From NCBI RefSeq assembly GCF_006345805.1, contig NC_043006.1:80228001-80292000 (forward strand): DNA of 64,000 nucleotides. The letters are read 5' to 3'. This document shows, in pieces, positions 12,126 through 23,684 of the stretch (position 1 is its first letter; the number at the start of each line of letters is the position of its first letter). A program made the position numbers and the translations under genes. The notes under the pieces were generated by a model that was not told the DNA's origin, did no database searches, and saw only the letters and a program-made list of their open reading frames with translations. This DNA comes from Octopus sinensis. Its lineage: Eukaryota.

Positions 12126-12301
12126 TATGTCCTGATGAAATGCAAAACTATTTTTTCTGGTAATCATATTCTAACTTGTCTTTGACAGATTGATCCGTAG
12201 GAAATGTTGAAGTTCATGATTAAGTAAATTAAGGTTAAATATTTCGCTTCGAAACTGTAGAAAACAATGCAGAATTTATTGAAATCTTGAATTGCGTATA
12301 C

Positions 12302-12322
12302 CTGCAGATAAAGGAAAAAAGC
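12302..12322 (-). promoter_or_regulatory. Conserved 3' splice acceptor upstream of GPCR copy 2
   Basis: Minus strand reads ttttttcctttatctgcag|gtatac. Confidence 0.65.
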
Positions 12323-12904
12323 ATGTACTCTACTAGAGTATGATATTACACAAGGTTATGTTTTAAGTGTTCATGTGAATAGACTACTCAAACGCTCTAT
12401 GCGAATACCCTTAACATCAGGTGTGTGTATAAAGCGGGCTTTATATATCGATTTTCATATTCCAAACTGCCATCCTAACTATATTTCTACAAGGTTATTT
12501 ACTCTGAATCATTACTTATTTATAATTCACTCACACTCACACACACACACACACACACACATACACCGAAAATGAAATCGTAAAAACTAAGTATTATATT
12601 TCGTAATGTATAAAGTTGGGATACAAAACGGTAGAATTATTAGCTCAACAACCTTTCACCTGAAAAATTTAACGATTTTTTTCCCACTACCAATATTCAT
12701 TTTCTTTGATAAAAGAAGATTTTGCTCGTTATCACAAGGAGGTTTAACTCACCATAATAATAAAGAAGACCATTTACTGTGGAGTATTTTAATGTATTAT
12801 TTCTAAAACAAGATTCTCAAAAATGACTGAAAATACTAGTAAAATAGCATTGCATGTGTTACTCATGTATAATGATTATAAGACAACATTATCCAATGTG
12901 GGGG

Positions 12905-13330
12905 ACTTGGTTCCTATCTTACAAGAAGCTCTTGACCGGAGATGCAAGTGAATTTGATGTGTAGACGTGTCTTTTTCGAAGACGGCGCAGTAACACGGCT
13001 CCGATCAGACATCTTTCTGCAGTTCCCGAGTACATTTCTCCGACCAGACATCTTACTGTTCAAGAGTGCTCAACGGATAATCGTGCTAAACTGACAGATT
13101 TGATATTTCTAATGAACTGAATAACACTAAATATCAGGTCTTGGCTGACGAGGATCTTGTGAAAGATGGTAAGAGACCTCATTGCCTTTTGAAATTGGCA
13201 GTCAGTTTTGTGAGTAAGATCTTGAGTCCTAAACAAACATTGGTTTGGAACATAAACATCAGAAGAAAGAAGCCAATGACTAGCCTTGGAATCTAAAATT
13301 AGTTTAAGATGGTTGTGGTTGTCTAGAGAC
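12905..13330 (+). mobile_element. Old RLE non-LTR retrotransposon relic (HERO-like), paralogue of 26505-26900
   Basis: Alignable by eye to 26505-26900, which retains LRPDI and LPIEV motifs. Confidence 0.4.
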
Positions 13331-13904
13331 TACAGATGTTACCCTTATGCCACTCAGGCAAAGTATAAGCAAAGTATAGGCTGAAAGGCTGACGCGGAGA
13401 CACTTGCTGAAGATGGAGAAGAGCAAGCATCATTGCAACAGCTTTAGTCATCATTATCGGAAGAGCTCATCACTTCTTCCGATATCCCTGCAGTTTCTGT
13501 GCTGGACAAAGCATCTCTGACGATTATTTCACCTGACAAACATGAGAAATATTATGATTCCGAAATCAGACGATTATTTTAAATATTTTAGTAGACAAAA
13601 TCTCTCTGAATCGAACAGATATTCAATTGATGTGCCATTCATTGAGATTTTGCTTCTAAGACGATGCAGTATGATGCAGTTATGCTTTTAAAGACTGGCA
13701 CTTATTTTACCGGTTTGTGTTACAGTAAAGTAAACAAATTAATAACGGCTGCGAGGCAGTGGTGGGTGACAAGCTCAAGCATGCAGGCACACACACGCAC
13801 ACACGCACACACACACATGCACACACACACAGAGTCACGCGCATGCACTCACACATAGACATACACTTTCATACACACACACACATACACTTATGTATAC
13901 ATAT

Positions 13905-14050
13905 ACACCACAGATTTCTTTCAGTTTCTTCGCATCAAATCCATTCAAAAGGCTTTGGTCACTCTGGGGATACAGTAGAGGACACTTATCCACTTATCCA
14001 AGGTACCACACAATGAGATTAACCTGTAATCATGTAGTTGGGAAGTATAT
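13905..14050 (-). mobile_element. Degenerate tRNA/CORE-like SINE head
   Basis: tttctttcagtttc..aaatccattcaaaaggctttggtc..acacttatccaaggtaccac is a reverse-strand, decayed version of the SINE at 30294. Confidence 0.55.
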
Positions 14051-14081
14051 TGGTCACCAAACAGCTATCTATACAGGCCTT

Positions 14082-14600
14082 GTTCGGTACGAGGCACTGA
14101 AGAGTCACAATAATGACGAAACATCGGTGTATGTCGTTCGGAAAAGGGACCTGATGTGAGTTGTCTTCCTTGCCTATGATTTACTTTCGGGTATTTTTAA
14201 TACCAGGCGCATTGAGAATATATCCTCTTACGTTTCCCGTGTGTGTGTTCGATTTTGTTTATATATCTCGGGATGCTTCTAATTCATATTTGAATATTTT
14301 CTATGGCATGAAACGTTGGGACATACCAGTAGATGGTTTGTAAACCGTTTAGCATATAGTCATACTCGGCGGTATGGCTTAGTTCGGTACGAGGGATTGA
14401 AAAGTCACAACAATGAGCAAACCTCGATGTCTATCGCTTCGAGAAGGAACTTGCTATGAGATGTCTCGCTTGCTTATGACTTACTTTCAGGTTTTAACAC
14501 CAAGAGTATAGAGAATATATTCTCTTATGCATAAAACGCAGCCGAACCACGAGTTGACAACACACTCCTTGCGTATGTGTGTTGGATTTTGCTTATATAT
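14082..14600 (+). repeat. Tandem 300-nt unit (about 1.7 copies) carrying the hammerhead
   Basis: gttcggtacgagg occurs at 14082 and 14382. The following ~200 nt align, and the second hammerhead copy is mutated. Confidence 0.8.
14093..14135 (+). ncRNA. Type I hammerhead ribozyme (minimal form, near-palindromic stem III)
   Basis: GGCA-CUGAAGA-GUCA caauaa UGAC-GAAA-CAU cg GUG-UA|UGUC. All core nucleotides are present and stems I, II and III pair. Predicted cleavage is after the GUA at 14131. Confidence 0.75.
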
Positions 14601-15329
14601 ATATATATATATAACAAAGTGGAGTTGTGGGGTACCGCACGAGTGGAATTATATACGAAAGAAGGTTTGAAAATGCAATTTAAAAGATGTTTATTTACTT
14701 TACCGGTTTCACTCTTTGGAAAAAGATTGTCAAAAGTAACATGTGGAAGTTTGGTTGCGTTAATTATTGGTTGTTGCAAATTGCTACATTACATATATAT
14801 ATACAGTCTTTGGTAACAGGGACATGTTAAGGACATAAAAAAGTTCAACAAGTTCCTTAAAATATTGGGCACAAAAGATTACATAAATGATCGTTCTCAA
14901 GGACATACTTAAGATAGTTTCCAGAAGGAATTGATATTGGTACTGTATCTGTATATTCAAACATGCACAGAATATTGGTTGACACAGAGTACTATAATCC
15001 ATATAAATATACAGTCTTTGGTGACAACAGTATGTTGAGAATATAAAAAAGTTTAACAAGCTCATTGAAATAATGGGCAGAAAAGGTTAAAACAAATATA
15101 TTATACATCTCAAGGTAATTTCCAGGAGGAATTATTAAAAAAGGTTCAGTATACACATACAGAATATTATGAGTTCAAAAAGATTTACATTAAAATAGTG
15201 GTGAAGTTAAAACTAACCTGTCCGTTTTAGGGGAAATATGGAACTGAAAAGAATGTACCCTTTTTTTCTTCTTTTGTTTTTTTTTGGCTCTCCTTCAAGC
15301 ATCAATGATTTTGGGGTCAGGATGAGGTG

Positions 15330-16381
15330 AGTGTGTGTGTCTTTGTGTGTATGTGTGTGTGCATACATACATATGTGGTGTGAATAGATGTGTCTATGTG
15401 TCTGTAAGATTTGGTAGGATGGTGTCTGTTTGTCAACCGCGTGTGTGGTTGTCTTGGTGTTGTGTGTGTGTGTGTGTGTGTATGCATGTATGTGTGTGGA
15501 TGGCATTTGGCATTGTGCTGCGTGTGTATGTGTGTCTGTATGGAGGTGAGATTGGTGTGAGTGTGTGTGTCCCTGTGTGTGTGCATATATATGTATACAT
15601 GTGTCTGTGTGTGTGTGGGGGTTGTTTTTGATTGGTTCCAGGGTGGTGTAAATAGATGTGTGTTGTTTAAAGAATTTTTTGGGGTAGGATGGTGTGTGTA
15701 TATGTGTGCCCCCCGTGTGCGCGTGTGTGCGCGTATGTGTGTGGTTAATGTCCATCAGTGTGCTGCGCGTGCGCTAGTGTGCATGTGTCGGCTCGCATGC
15801 GTGTCCATGTCTGTTGGGTGCATCCGTGCACATGTGCCCTGCGTGTGTTGGCACTGAGTATGTGCCCGTGTGTGTGTGTGCACACAGCGTGGGTGCACGC
15901 GTCCCTGTGTGCGTATATACATGCACACACGCGTCTAGGCGTGTGTGCGGGCCATACACACACACTACATATACATATATATACATACACACACACACAC
16001 ATCATACATATACATACCACACACACACACATCAGACACACACACACACACCACACACACACACAACACACATACACATATAATATACACACATACAATA
16101 TACACACACACAACACACACATATACAATACACACACACACAACGCACACACATACAATACACACACACACACACACAAATATAACATATATATATATAT
16201 ATAATATACATATATATAACACACACACACAACACACACACACACACATATAACAACACACACACAACACACACACACATACATACACAATATATATACA
16301 ACACATATACACCTAACACATATATACATATAACATATATACACAATACATACATATAATGTATATATATAGACAATGCAT

Positions 16382-16428
<47 letters not shown>

Positions 16429-17100
16429 TACATACACATACATAAATATACCACATATACACACAATATACATACATACAATGTATATATATACATATAC
16501 ACATACATATAACATATATACACATAACATACACATACACAATGCATACATATATATGCATATAATGTATATACATGTATACATGTATATACAACACACA
16601 TACAATATACATATATACAATGCATATATACACATACATATACACATAATGTACACATACATATACAACACACATACATATAATATACATATACACAATG
16701 CATATATATATATATATACATATATATACATACACATATATATAATGCAGACACACACACACAATATGCATACATATAACGTACACTCACATATACATAT
16801 ACATACTACACACACACACAATGCATTCACATATACACATATACAATGCATACACATACATATATATATACATACATATATACATATATCCAACATATAT
16901 ACACATATAAATACATACACACACAATGCATACACACACACATACACACAACGCACACGCACACACACACAACACACACATACATACATAACATACATAT
17001 ATATAATACATGCGTGTGTGTGCCGCGTATGTGTGTGGTCAATGTCTGCTAGTGTGCCCTATGTGTGCTGATGCGTGCATGTGTCTGCTTGCATGATACG
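15330..17100. repeat. Compound (GT)n/(CA)n/(TA)n microsatellite block
   Basis: About 1.8 kb of degenerate dinucleotide repeats; the source of the HTHT, YIYI and CVCV ORFs. Confidence 0.9.
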
Positions 17101-17559
17101 GTGCGAGTGTACGTGTGTCTTTGTGTGTTTGTTTTGGATGTGTGCCTGGTGGGTATGTTAGAGTATGTTTAGTTGTGGTCTGTATTTTTGAATAAGATTA
17201 CTTTCCCTATTTATTCGTGTTTGGTCTGTGGTGTTGTCCGAGCATTGGTATAGTGGGAAGTACAAGTGGATAGTTATATGTGGGAGAATGCGGGTAGACA
17301 GGTATTAGCAAGCATTGGAGATTGGTAGTTAGCAGCTCTGCACATGGGGGTTTGTTGGTGACGGTGACCTTGGTGCAACCGGTGCAAGGGAACAGATGGT
17401 ACTAAGGGGGTGCATCCGAGTTCTCGGCGGCCAGTGGCTTGAAATTTAGTAGAAGGGCATACCTCTAGTGAGACCAATAGCATAGACCGTATTCCTTGTT
17501 GATAGAAACTGCGCGTTAGTAGAGGATGTGCAATTTTTCGCGGAGGCAATGCTGGCAAT

Positions 17560-18591
17560 TAGGGAAGTCGGCTGACTATGGTGGCGCTCTGGAGACAACA
17601 GCCCTTTTCATGCTGGCTGTTTTGTCTCGTAGGTCACGGAGTCTCCAGTGAAAGCGCGACAGTTAATTGGAATTCTCTCTGTCCTTGGATCTAAATGAGA
17701 GCGTGTGATGGGAATACCATTGGGCTGTCATACCCGAATAGTGCCTAGTGACGTCATCGGATGGTATAATGGTGACCCTGTATACTATAGCACTTGAGAG
17801 GCAGGATCATTCTAAGGGACAGGGAATGGAGTTTCGGAAGTTTCAGGTTGGGGTTGAGGTTTATGCGGGTGCATTTTTACGTCTGTTGATCCGTACGATT
17901 TTAGATGCAATGTTTTCTAAGCAGGAGTAGCTCACGTTGACATTATAGAGGTTGAAGAGTTTGTTATAAGTATGGCTTCTGGAGAAACGTTTCTTAGACA
18001 AAGACAGGAAACCCATGTCTACGTTAGTAGGAACTTCTAGGTTGAATGGGGTGCGGTTATACTAGATAATCTTCTTTTTCCTAATTCCCTTGGAGTGAGG
18101 AGAGTGGGTTTGGGGATTGTCCACACACGTGAGCTTATCGCAAAACCACTTCTAGCGAAAGCGTCATTGTGGTGCGCGGAGGTCCTATTAGAGATCTCCC
18201 TGCTGGACGAGAGTTTAGGTACGCATTTGCTAATGCCTGAAATAAGGTTTCTAATTACAGCGGGGTAGGGGTTTTGGGATCTTGTAGATGTATACTGTAG
18301 GCTTCCTGTAGGAGTAGTACTTGCCCGTGTTTAGGTCGACTGTAGTCAGTTTGGTGGTAAACTGTAGGGACATACAGAACTCTGTGAAAATTTTTATCAA
18401 GTCTTTCCTGAACCTGTCCATGGTATGGCTATTCATATGGCTTGAGATAGCCAGGCTCTCATCCCTCTAGAGGGCCAACCTATGTGAATGGCTACGCCAC
18501 TTGGTCCATGGTATGGCTATTCATATGGCTTAAGATAGCCAGGCTCTCATCCCTCTAGAGGGCCAACCTATGTGAATGGCTACGCCACTTG
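17560..18591 (-). mobile_element. 5'-truncated Penelope-like element (RT C-terminus + GIY-YIG endonuclease), degenerate
   Basis: Broken frames read RDESLAIL (YRDDGLA-type motif), DRFRKDLIKIF, DLNTGKYYSYRKP, NKLFN..NVNVSYSCLENI and CPLE*SCLSSAIVYRVT..HYSGMT. Confidence 0.75.
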
Positions 18592-18960
18592 AGGGTTTTA
18601 ATGATTTAAACCTCGTTAAAATTCCCTATAGAGAAATCGAAAAATAGATCGCCATCATGCTTCACTGAGAAGGAATCGTCATAGACCAGAATGGACTTTA
18701 AGGTATTCATCATGATGATGATAATGATATATATATATATATGTACACTAATATATGTATCAATACTTACATATAAGTACGTACACGTGCCTACATCTAG
18801 ACGCTTGACTTGTACAGACAATACATTTAAAATATGAAAATTTATAATTGATAAACATACTGGGTATATTGTCTCATCATAGTGGCTGTTAATATTGTTA
18901 GACTTTGTTTGCTTCAAGAACAATAAAATTCGTTTCGTTCACGGAACAACATTTCTTGTA

Positions 18961-20908
18961 CTATTCAAAAGTAACTTTTGTTGGTATTTGCGTTGATAAT
19001 GTTCTCCGAGAAGTTGAAGATATCTCACTCGATTTGGTGGAAGGCCATTTTGAAATATGACGAAATCTTTTAAATATATTGCGGCAGACGATCTTTGTGA
19101 AGAGAAATGATAGGCAAATAAATAATCCAATAAAAGAATTTAAAATACAAAATATTAGAGAGAATTCTTCGATTTTTGTAAAGGTATACAGGAATGCAAA
19201 TGTCCATGTAAGTCCCATAATAAAAAATAATTTTATACAAACAATGAAATCCAATTTGTTATGTTTTTTCAGATATTTCGCAGAAAGTTTGCTAGCCATA
19301 TATAGCCCTCTGGTAGTGAGGATAAATGCTGTTATATTAAGACATAAAATGAGCATAACAGGGAATGCAAACAACCATAGCAGACTTTTACCATTTGTAA
19401 TCCAGCAAATGCCATTTCCATATTCTGGAGAAAGTCCATGATTTCCAGGTATGTACTCAAATATCAGTGATATTGTTACTATTACAAGTGGACAGATCCA
19501 AGCATACAAAGAATACAATACAAATCTCTTGGTACTATTTCCTTTATTTCGAAGTTGTGTGAATCCTGAGAAAGTGTACGAGGCATCGAATGATAAAACA
19601 TTCATCCAGAAGAAACTCGCTAGAAAAGAATAATGTATCATTATAGCTAAAGATTTACACAGAACTGTAGATGCAGTGACTTGTGATGAAATAAGAAAGA
19701 GAAGCTCAGCTACAAATAATGCTGATAAAAGACTAATGAGTAATTTACCTGGTAAGGTACGGAGAGCAGGTATACAGAGATAGACCATAATAGTGATTGC
19801 TAGAGCTGGGATAGAAAATATAAGCCCTACTAACGTGATATAAGATTCAGCTTCGGAATACTTTCGTAATACATTGATAATATTTTTTACACAGATAATT
19901 ATTGTACCATCTTCATCGAAGCCGAAATCTGATTGATTCAGCAAACGATGAGTATTATTCAGGTAGAGAAGACCATCATTAGTGATGTAATACTCAGATT
20001 CATTTAATCTCGTTGCAGTACAATTTAGAGTAGAATTATAGGATACTTGTCGACATTGCTTTGTATTCATATCGTAGACAGTATTTTTCACACAAGAATC
20101 CTTGATTAAAATTTCCTTTTGCATTTCTTTAGATTTGTCAGAGGCATCAAAAATGTCCGTTAGAGTTATGTCTATATCCAGAAAAGAAGGATTTGGTATG
20201 TCGCAATGGATATCGTCAATTTCAAAACCATTGCAAAGTGCACAGTAAATATTTCTAAAGTCCGTATATTTGCGGTAACAAGACTCATACCATTGTTCTT
20301 GCATAGATTCTCCAATGTTTTATTGGGATTATTTAGCGTACACTCTGAAATATAAGGAGCGCATTTGTATAGATATTGGTTAATTTCGCGTGAAGAGACT
20401 TGCTTTTCTACCTCAACGCTTTCGATACTGAAAGTCATATCCCCAGCGAAATATGGGTAAGAAACATTCCACAAAATATATTCTTCTCCGTGACAGAGAG
20501 CACAATATAAGTTCCTATAGAGTTTTTTACTCGTTTTACCAAAAGCAGGTACATCATGTAGTTGTTGGTCTGAGTTAGGATTTTCACAGTTGTTCACATG
20601 CTCCGTTACATCATAGTTATTTGGACAGCGGTGAAATTGATAATAATTTCCACCATTAATATTGTTACAGCTGTAATACATTGAGGGATAGGGAGTCTCG
20701 AGGTCAGAAGCTGTGTAATTAAGACGGTCGGACAACATTCATCGTATAAATAGCAGTCTTGCTGACATGAACAGCGTTCTGTCCTGGGGCTTTCAGAACA
20801 CAAAACTGGTGGACAATTGAAGGGTTCAGTTGTGTTTATAGTTGATGTTTGAACTGTGTGGTTTATCAGTAAGATGAACATTAGAAAGCCTGTGACAAAT
20901 ATTTCCAT
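18961..20908 (-). CDS. Class B SMB/Methuselah-like GPCR, copy 3; two 1-bp frameshifts in this sequence
   Basis: Three overlapping ORFs rebuild a full-length paralogue. Single-base deletions at ~20732 and ~20271 (AA to A relative to paralogues); no in-frame stops otherwise. Confidence 0.75.
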
Positions 20909-21114
20909 TATGTCTTGTCAAAAAACAATAATTTATTTTCTGGTAATTATATCTTAGCTTGTCTTTGATAGAACAATCCGTGAGAAATCCTGACGTTAAT
21001 AAATTAATCCCCAAGATTAAATATTTCGCTTTCACTTTTAGATTTGACTTTGAGGACAATGCAAACTTTTTGCAATCTGAAACATTGAGGAATTGGAGTT
21101 CAAATTTTGTATAC

Positions 21115-21132
21115 CTGTAGATAAAGGAAAAA
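21115..21132 (-). promoter_or_regulatory. Conserved 3' splice acceptor upstream of GPCR copy 3
   Basis: Minus strand reads tttttcctttatctacag|gtatac. Confidence 0.65.
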
Positions 21133-21489
21133 TATGTACTGTACTAGAGTATAATATTAAACAAGGATATGTTTTAAGTATTCATATCAATAGCCTTATC
21201 AATTGTTCCGTGCGAATATCCTTAACATCAGGCCTTTGGTATACATCGATATTCTTATTACAAACTGCCATTTTAACTATATTTCTAAAAGGCTATCAGT
21301 TCAATAAATCTAAATCATTAGTTATATGCCTAAAGAAGTTTTGTTAATAAATCTTTCACAATATTAGGTGTTACTTGGATTGACATCTAGATGGTACATA
21401 TCATAATTATAACTAAGTATTACGTTTGGGAATGTATAACGTTGGGATACAAAAGAGTTATTAGGGCAATAACCCAACGATTGTTACCT

Positions 21490-21720
21490 CTACTGATATG
21501 CCTGTTTTCGTTGACTTCCCCTTACCCTTTGTTGCTTTTCTGCGCCAGTTGCCTTCTTTGGTTTGTATTTCCGTTCGTTAATTTCATCCACTGTGCGCTA
21601 GTTTGCGGTAACATCCCGTAATGACTTCTTTTCATCCACAACTTTTCTAGCGGCTCTCTCTATAACATCAGGAGGGGTACCCCCCCCACTTGTAGTTTTC
21701 CTTTTGTAATTTCTAGACAT
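21490..21720 (-). mobile_element. Possible pogo-like transposase N-terminal (psq-type HTH) relic
   Basis: Reads MSRNYKRKTTSGGGTPPDVIERAARKVVDEKKSLRDVTAN*. It resembles pogo-family N-termini from recall, and it interrupts copy-3 upstream homology. Confidence 0.4.
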
Positions 21721-22032
21721 GGCATGTTAAACTGAAATAGAAGGAGTAAGTCGTTATATGCCTGGGGTAAGTTGATATATTGTAACAATTAGCCCCGACC
21801 ATGGATTTCTGGAGATTACCTCGTACACAGCACTAACAATGTATGGCATTCACGACACATCTTTATGTATCGAAGGCAACTTTCAGCACTTTCTAATGAG
21901 CCACAAACTACTTCAGTAACACCACTTGTGCATTAGTACTTAAGGAAATAACTTTAGAATGAAGGATAGCAGAAACACTTAGCAGATGCTATATGAGGAA
22001 CTTGTGAATGTATATTTATATACTTATATACT

Positions 22033-22098
<66 letters not shown>

Positions 22099-22166
22099 AT
22101 TTATTAGGGAATAAAAATTCCGGCATCACAGGGGTTCAAATTATTCTCAATGGGGAAATATATATG

Positions 22167-23050
22167 TTATTTAGAGATAGTAGTCCCCCTTCATCACACC
22201 ATATAAAATAATTTTAATTTAATACTTACTATTCATTTCTCAGCTACACGTGTTTCTTGAGGGTCTTTTACGGTTCCTTAATCACGCAGTTTTTACAGGA
22301 ACCTTTCTTAAAATATAACCCCAATCATCAGGTTTATAAGTAATAGTTTAAAAGTAGCAGGAAGTAGGTGGATGTGTAGATGTTCGCCGAGCCTTGCGGC
22401 GTTAACGTCCATGGTAGTCAACGGTATTTTGTACATATATTTTACAACAATTCTTTTACATTACCCTTAAGTTATTAAACTCTAATTTTTACTTTGTAAA
22501 TTTCTAATTTCTATCATTCGTATCATTTGCATTTTGTTTTTCGTACTTGTGGATGTCCACTTTTAACTATAGTTTTTATTTGAATATATTTATTTGTCAT
22601 TGCTTTCATTATCATATCATCAGAAATATATATTTTATTTTTATCCCTACATATTATTAATTTTATATGAATGTTTATAGACATAAGTTACGTGAGAATT
22701 TAGGTCTTGTAAATTATTATTTTTTATTTTTTATTCTTTTATCTTTTATTTTTATTATTTTATTTTTATTAATTCTATTTGAATTAAATATAGCTTGTAT
22801 AGTAAGGTCCTGCGAATATATTTACACATACACATATTTATGTGTTAAAATAAAGATTTAGTATGATAAAGCTACTTAGAGGCCTGATGATTGGGGTTAC
22901 ATTTTAAGAAAGGTTCCTGTAAAACGCTGCGTGCTTAAAAAACCGTAAAAGAACCTCAAGAAACACGTGTAGCTGAGAAATGAGTAGTAAGTATTAAATT
23001 AAAATTCATTTATATGGAGTGTGATGAAGGGGACTACTATCTCTAAATAA
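22167..23050. mobile_element. Non-autonomous long-TIR element (~170-bp TIRs) in TA-repeat context
   Basis: 22167-22335 is the reverse complement of 22884-23050 (roughly 85-90% by eye). The core is AT-rich with no ORF, and TA-repeat sequence flanks both ends. Confidence 0.8.
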
Positions 23051-23114
23051 TATATATATATATATATATATATTCATGTATATATATTCATGTATATATA
23101 CATATATATATATG

Positions 23115-23160
<46 letters not shown>

Positions 23161-23684
23161 TATATATATACATACATACACACACGCATATATATATATA
23201 TATATATCTTTTATCTTTTACTAGTTTCAGCCGAGGGCTGAGTTCAAGCTTATGCACCACCTGCTTTTTACGCGGTGTTGTCTCGTACACACACAGACTT
23301 ACATCCTCGCGTGCGCGCACCCACAATCACACACTCATACGTTCTCACTCTTATATACAGTATAAACACATATGCGAACAGTCAAAACAAATAAGAGCAA
23401 AGGTGCACGCGCACATCCGCACAAGCATACAGCTACAAGGATATACGTGCACACATACATATAGATACCGCTATATATATATATATGTGTATCAATAAGT
23501 ACATGGAAGTTCATGCATATACGTACACCATGATTATTTTGTACAGTCAATACATTCATAATATGAAGCATTATTATTAATGAATATATAGTCAGTATAT
23601 TGTCCCATTACGAAAGCGGAAAATATTGTTTCACTTTTTATCAAATGCTATAAAGTTCGTTTCGTTCTCCGAACAACAAGTGTA

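Noticed and set aside
15745-16998. 417-aa Cys/Val/Tyr/Ile ORF and the many [12 protein letters not shown], poly-I and poly-N ORFs throughout the window (e.g. 48883-49782)
   Set aside because: Stop-free translations of di- and trinucleotide microsatellites; no domain content.
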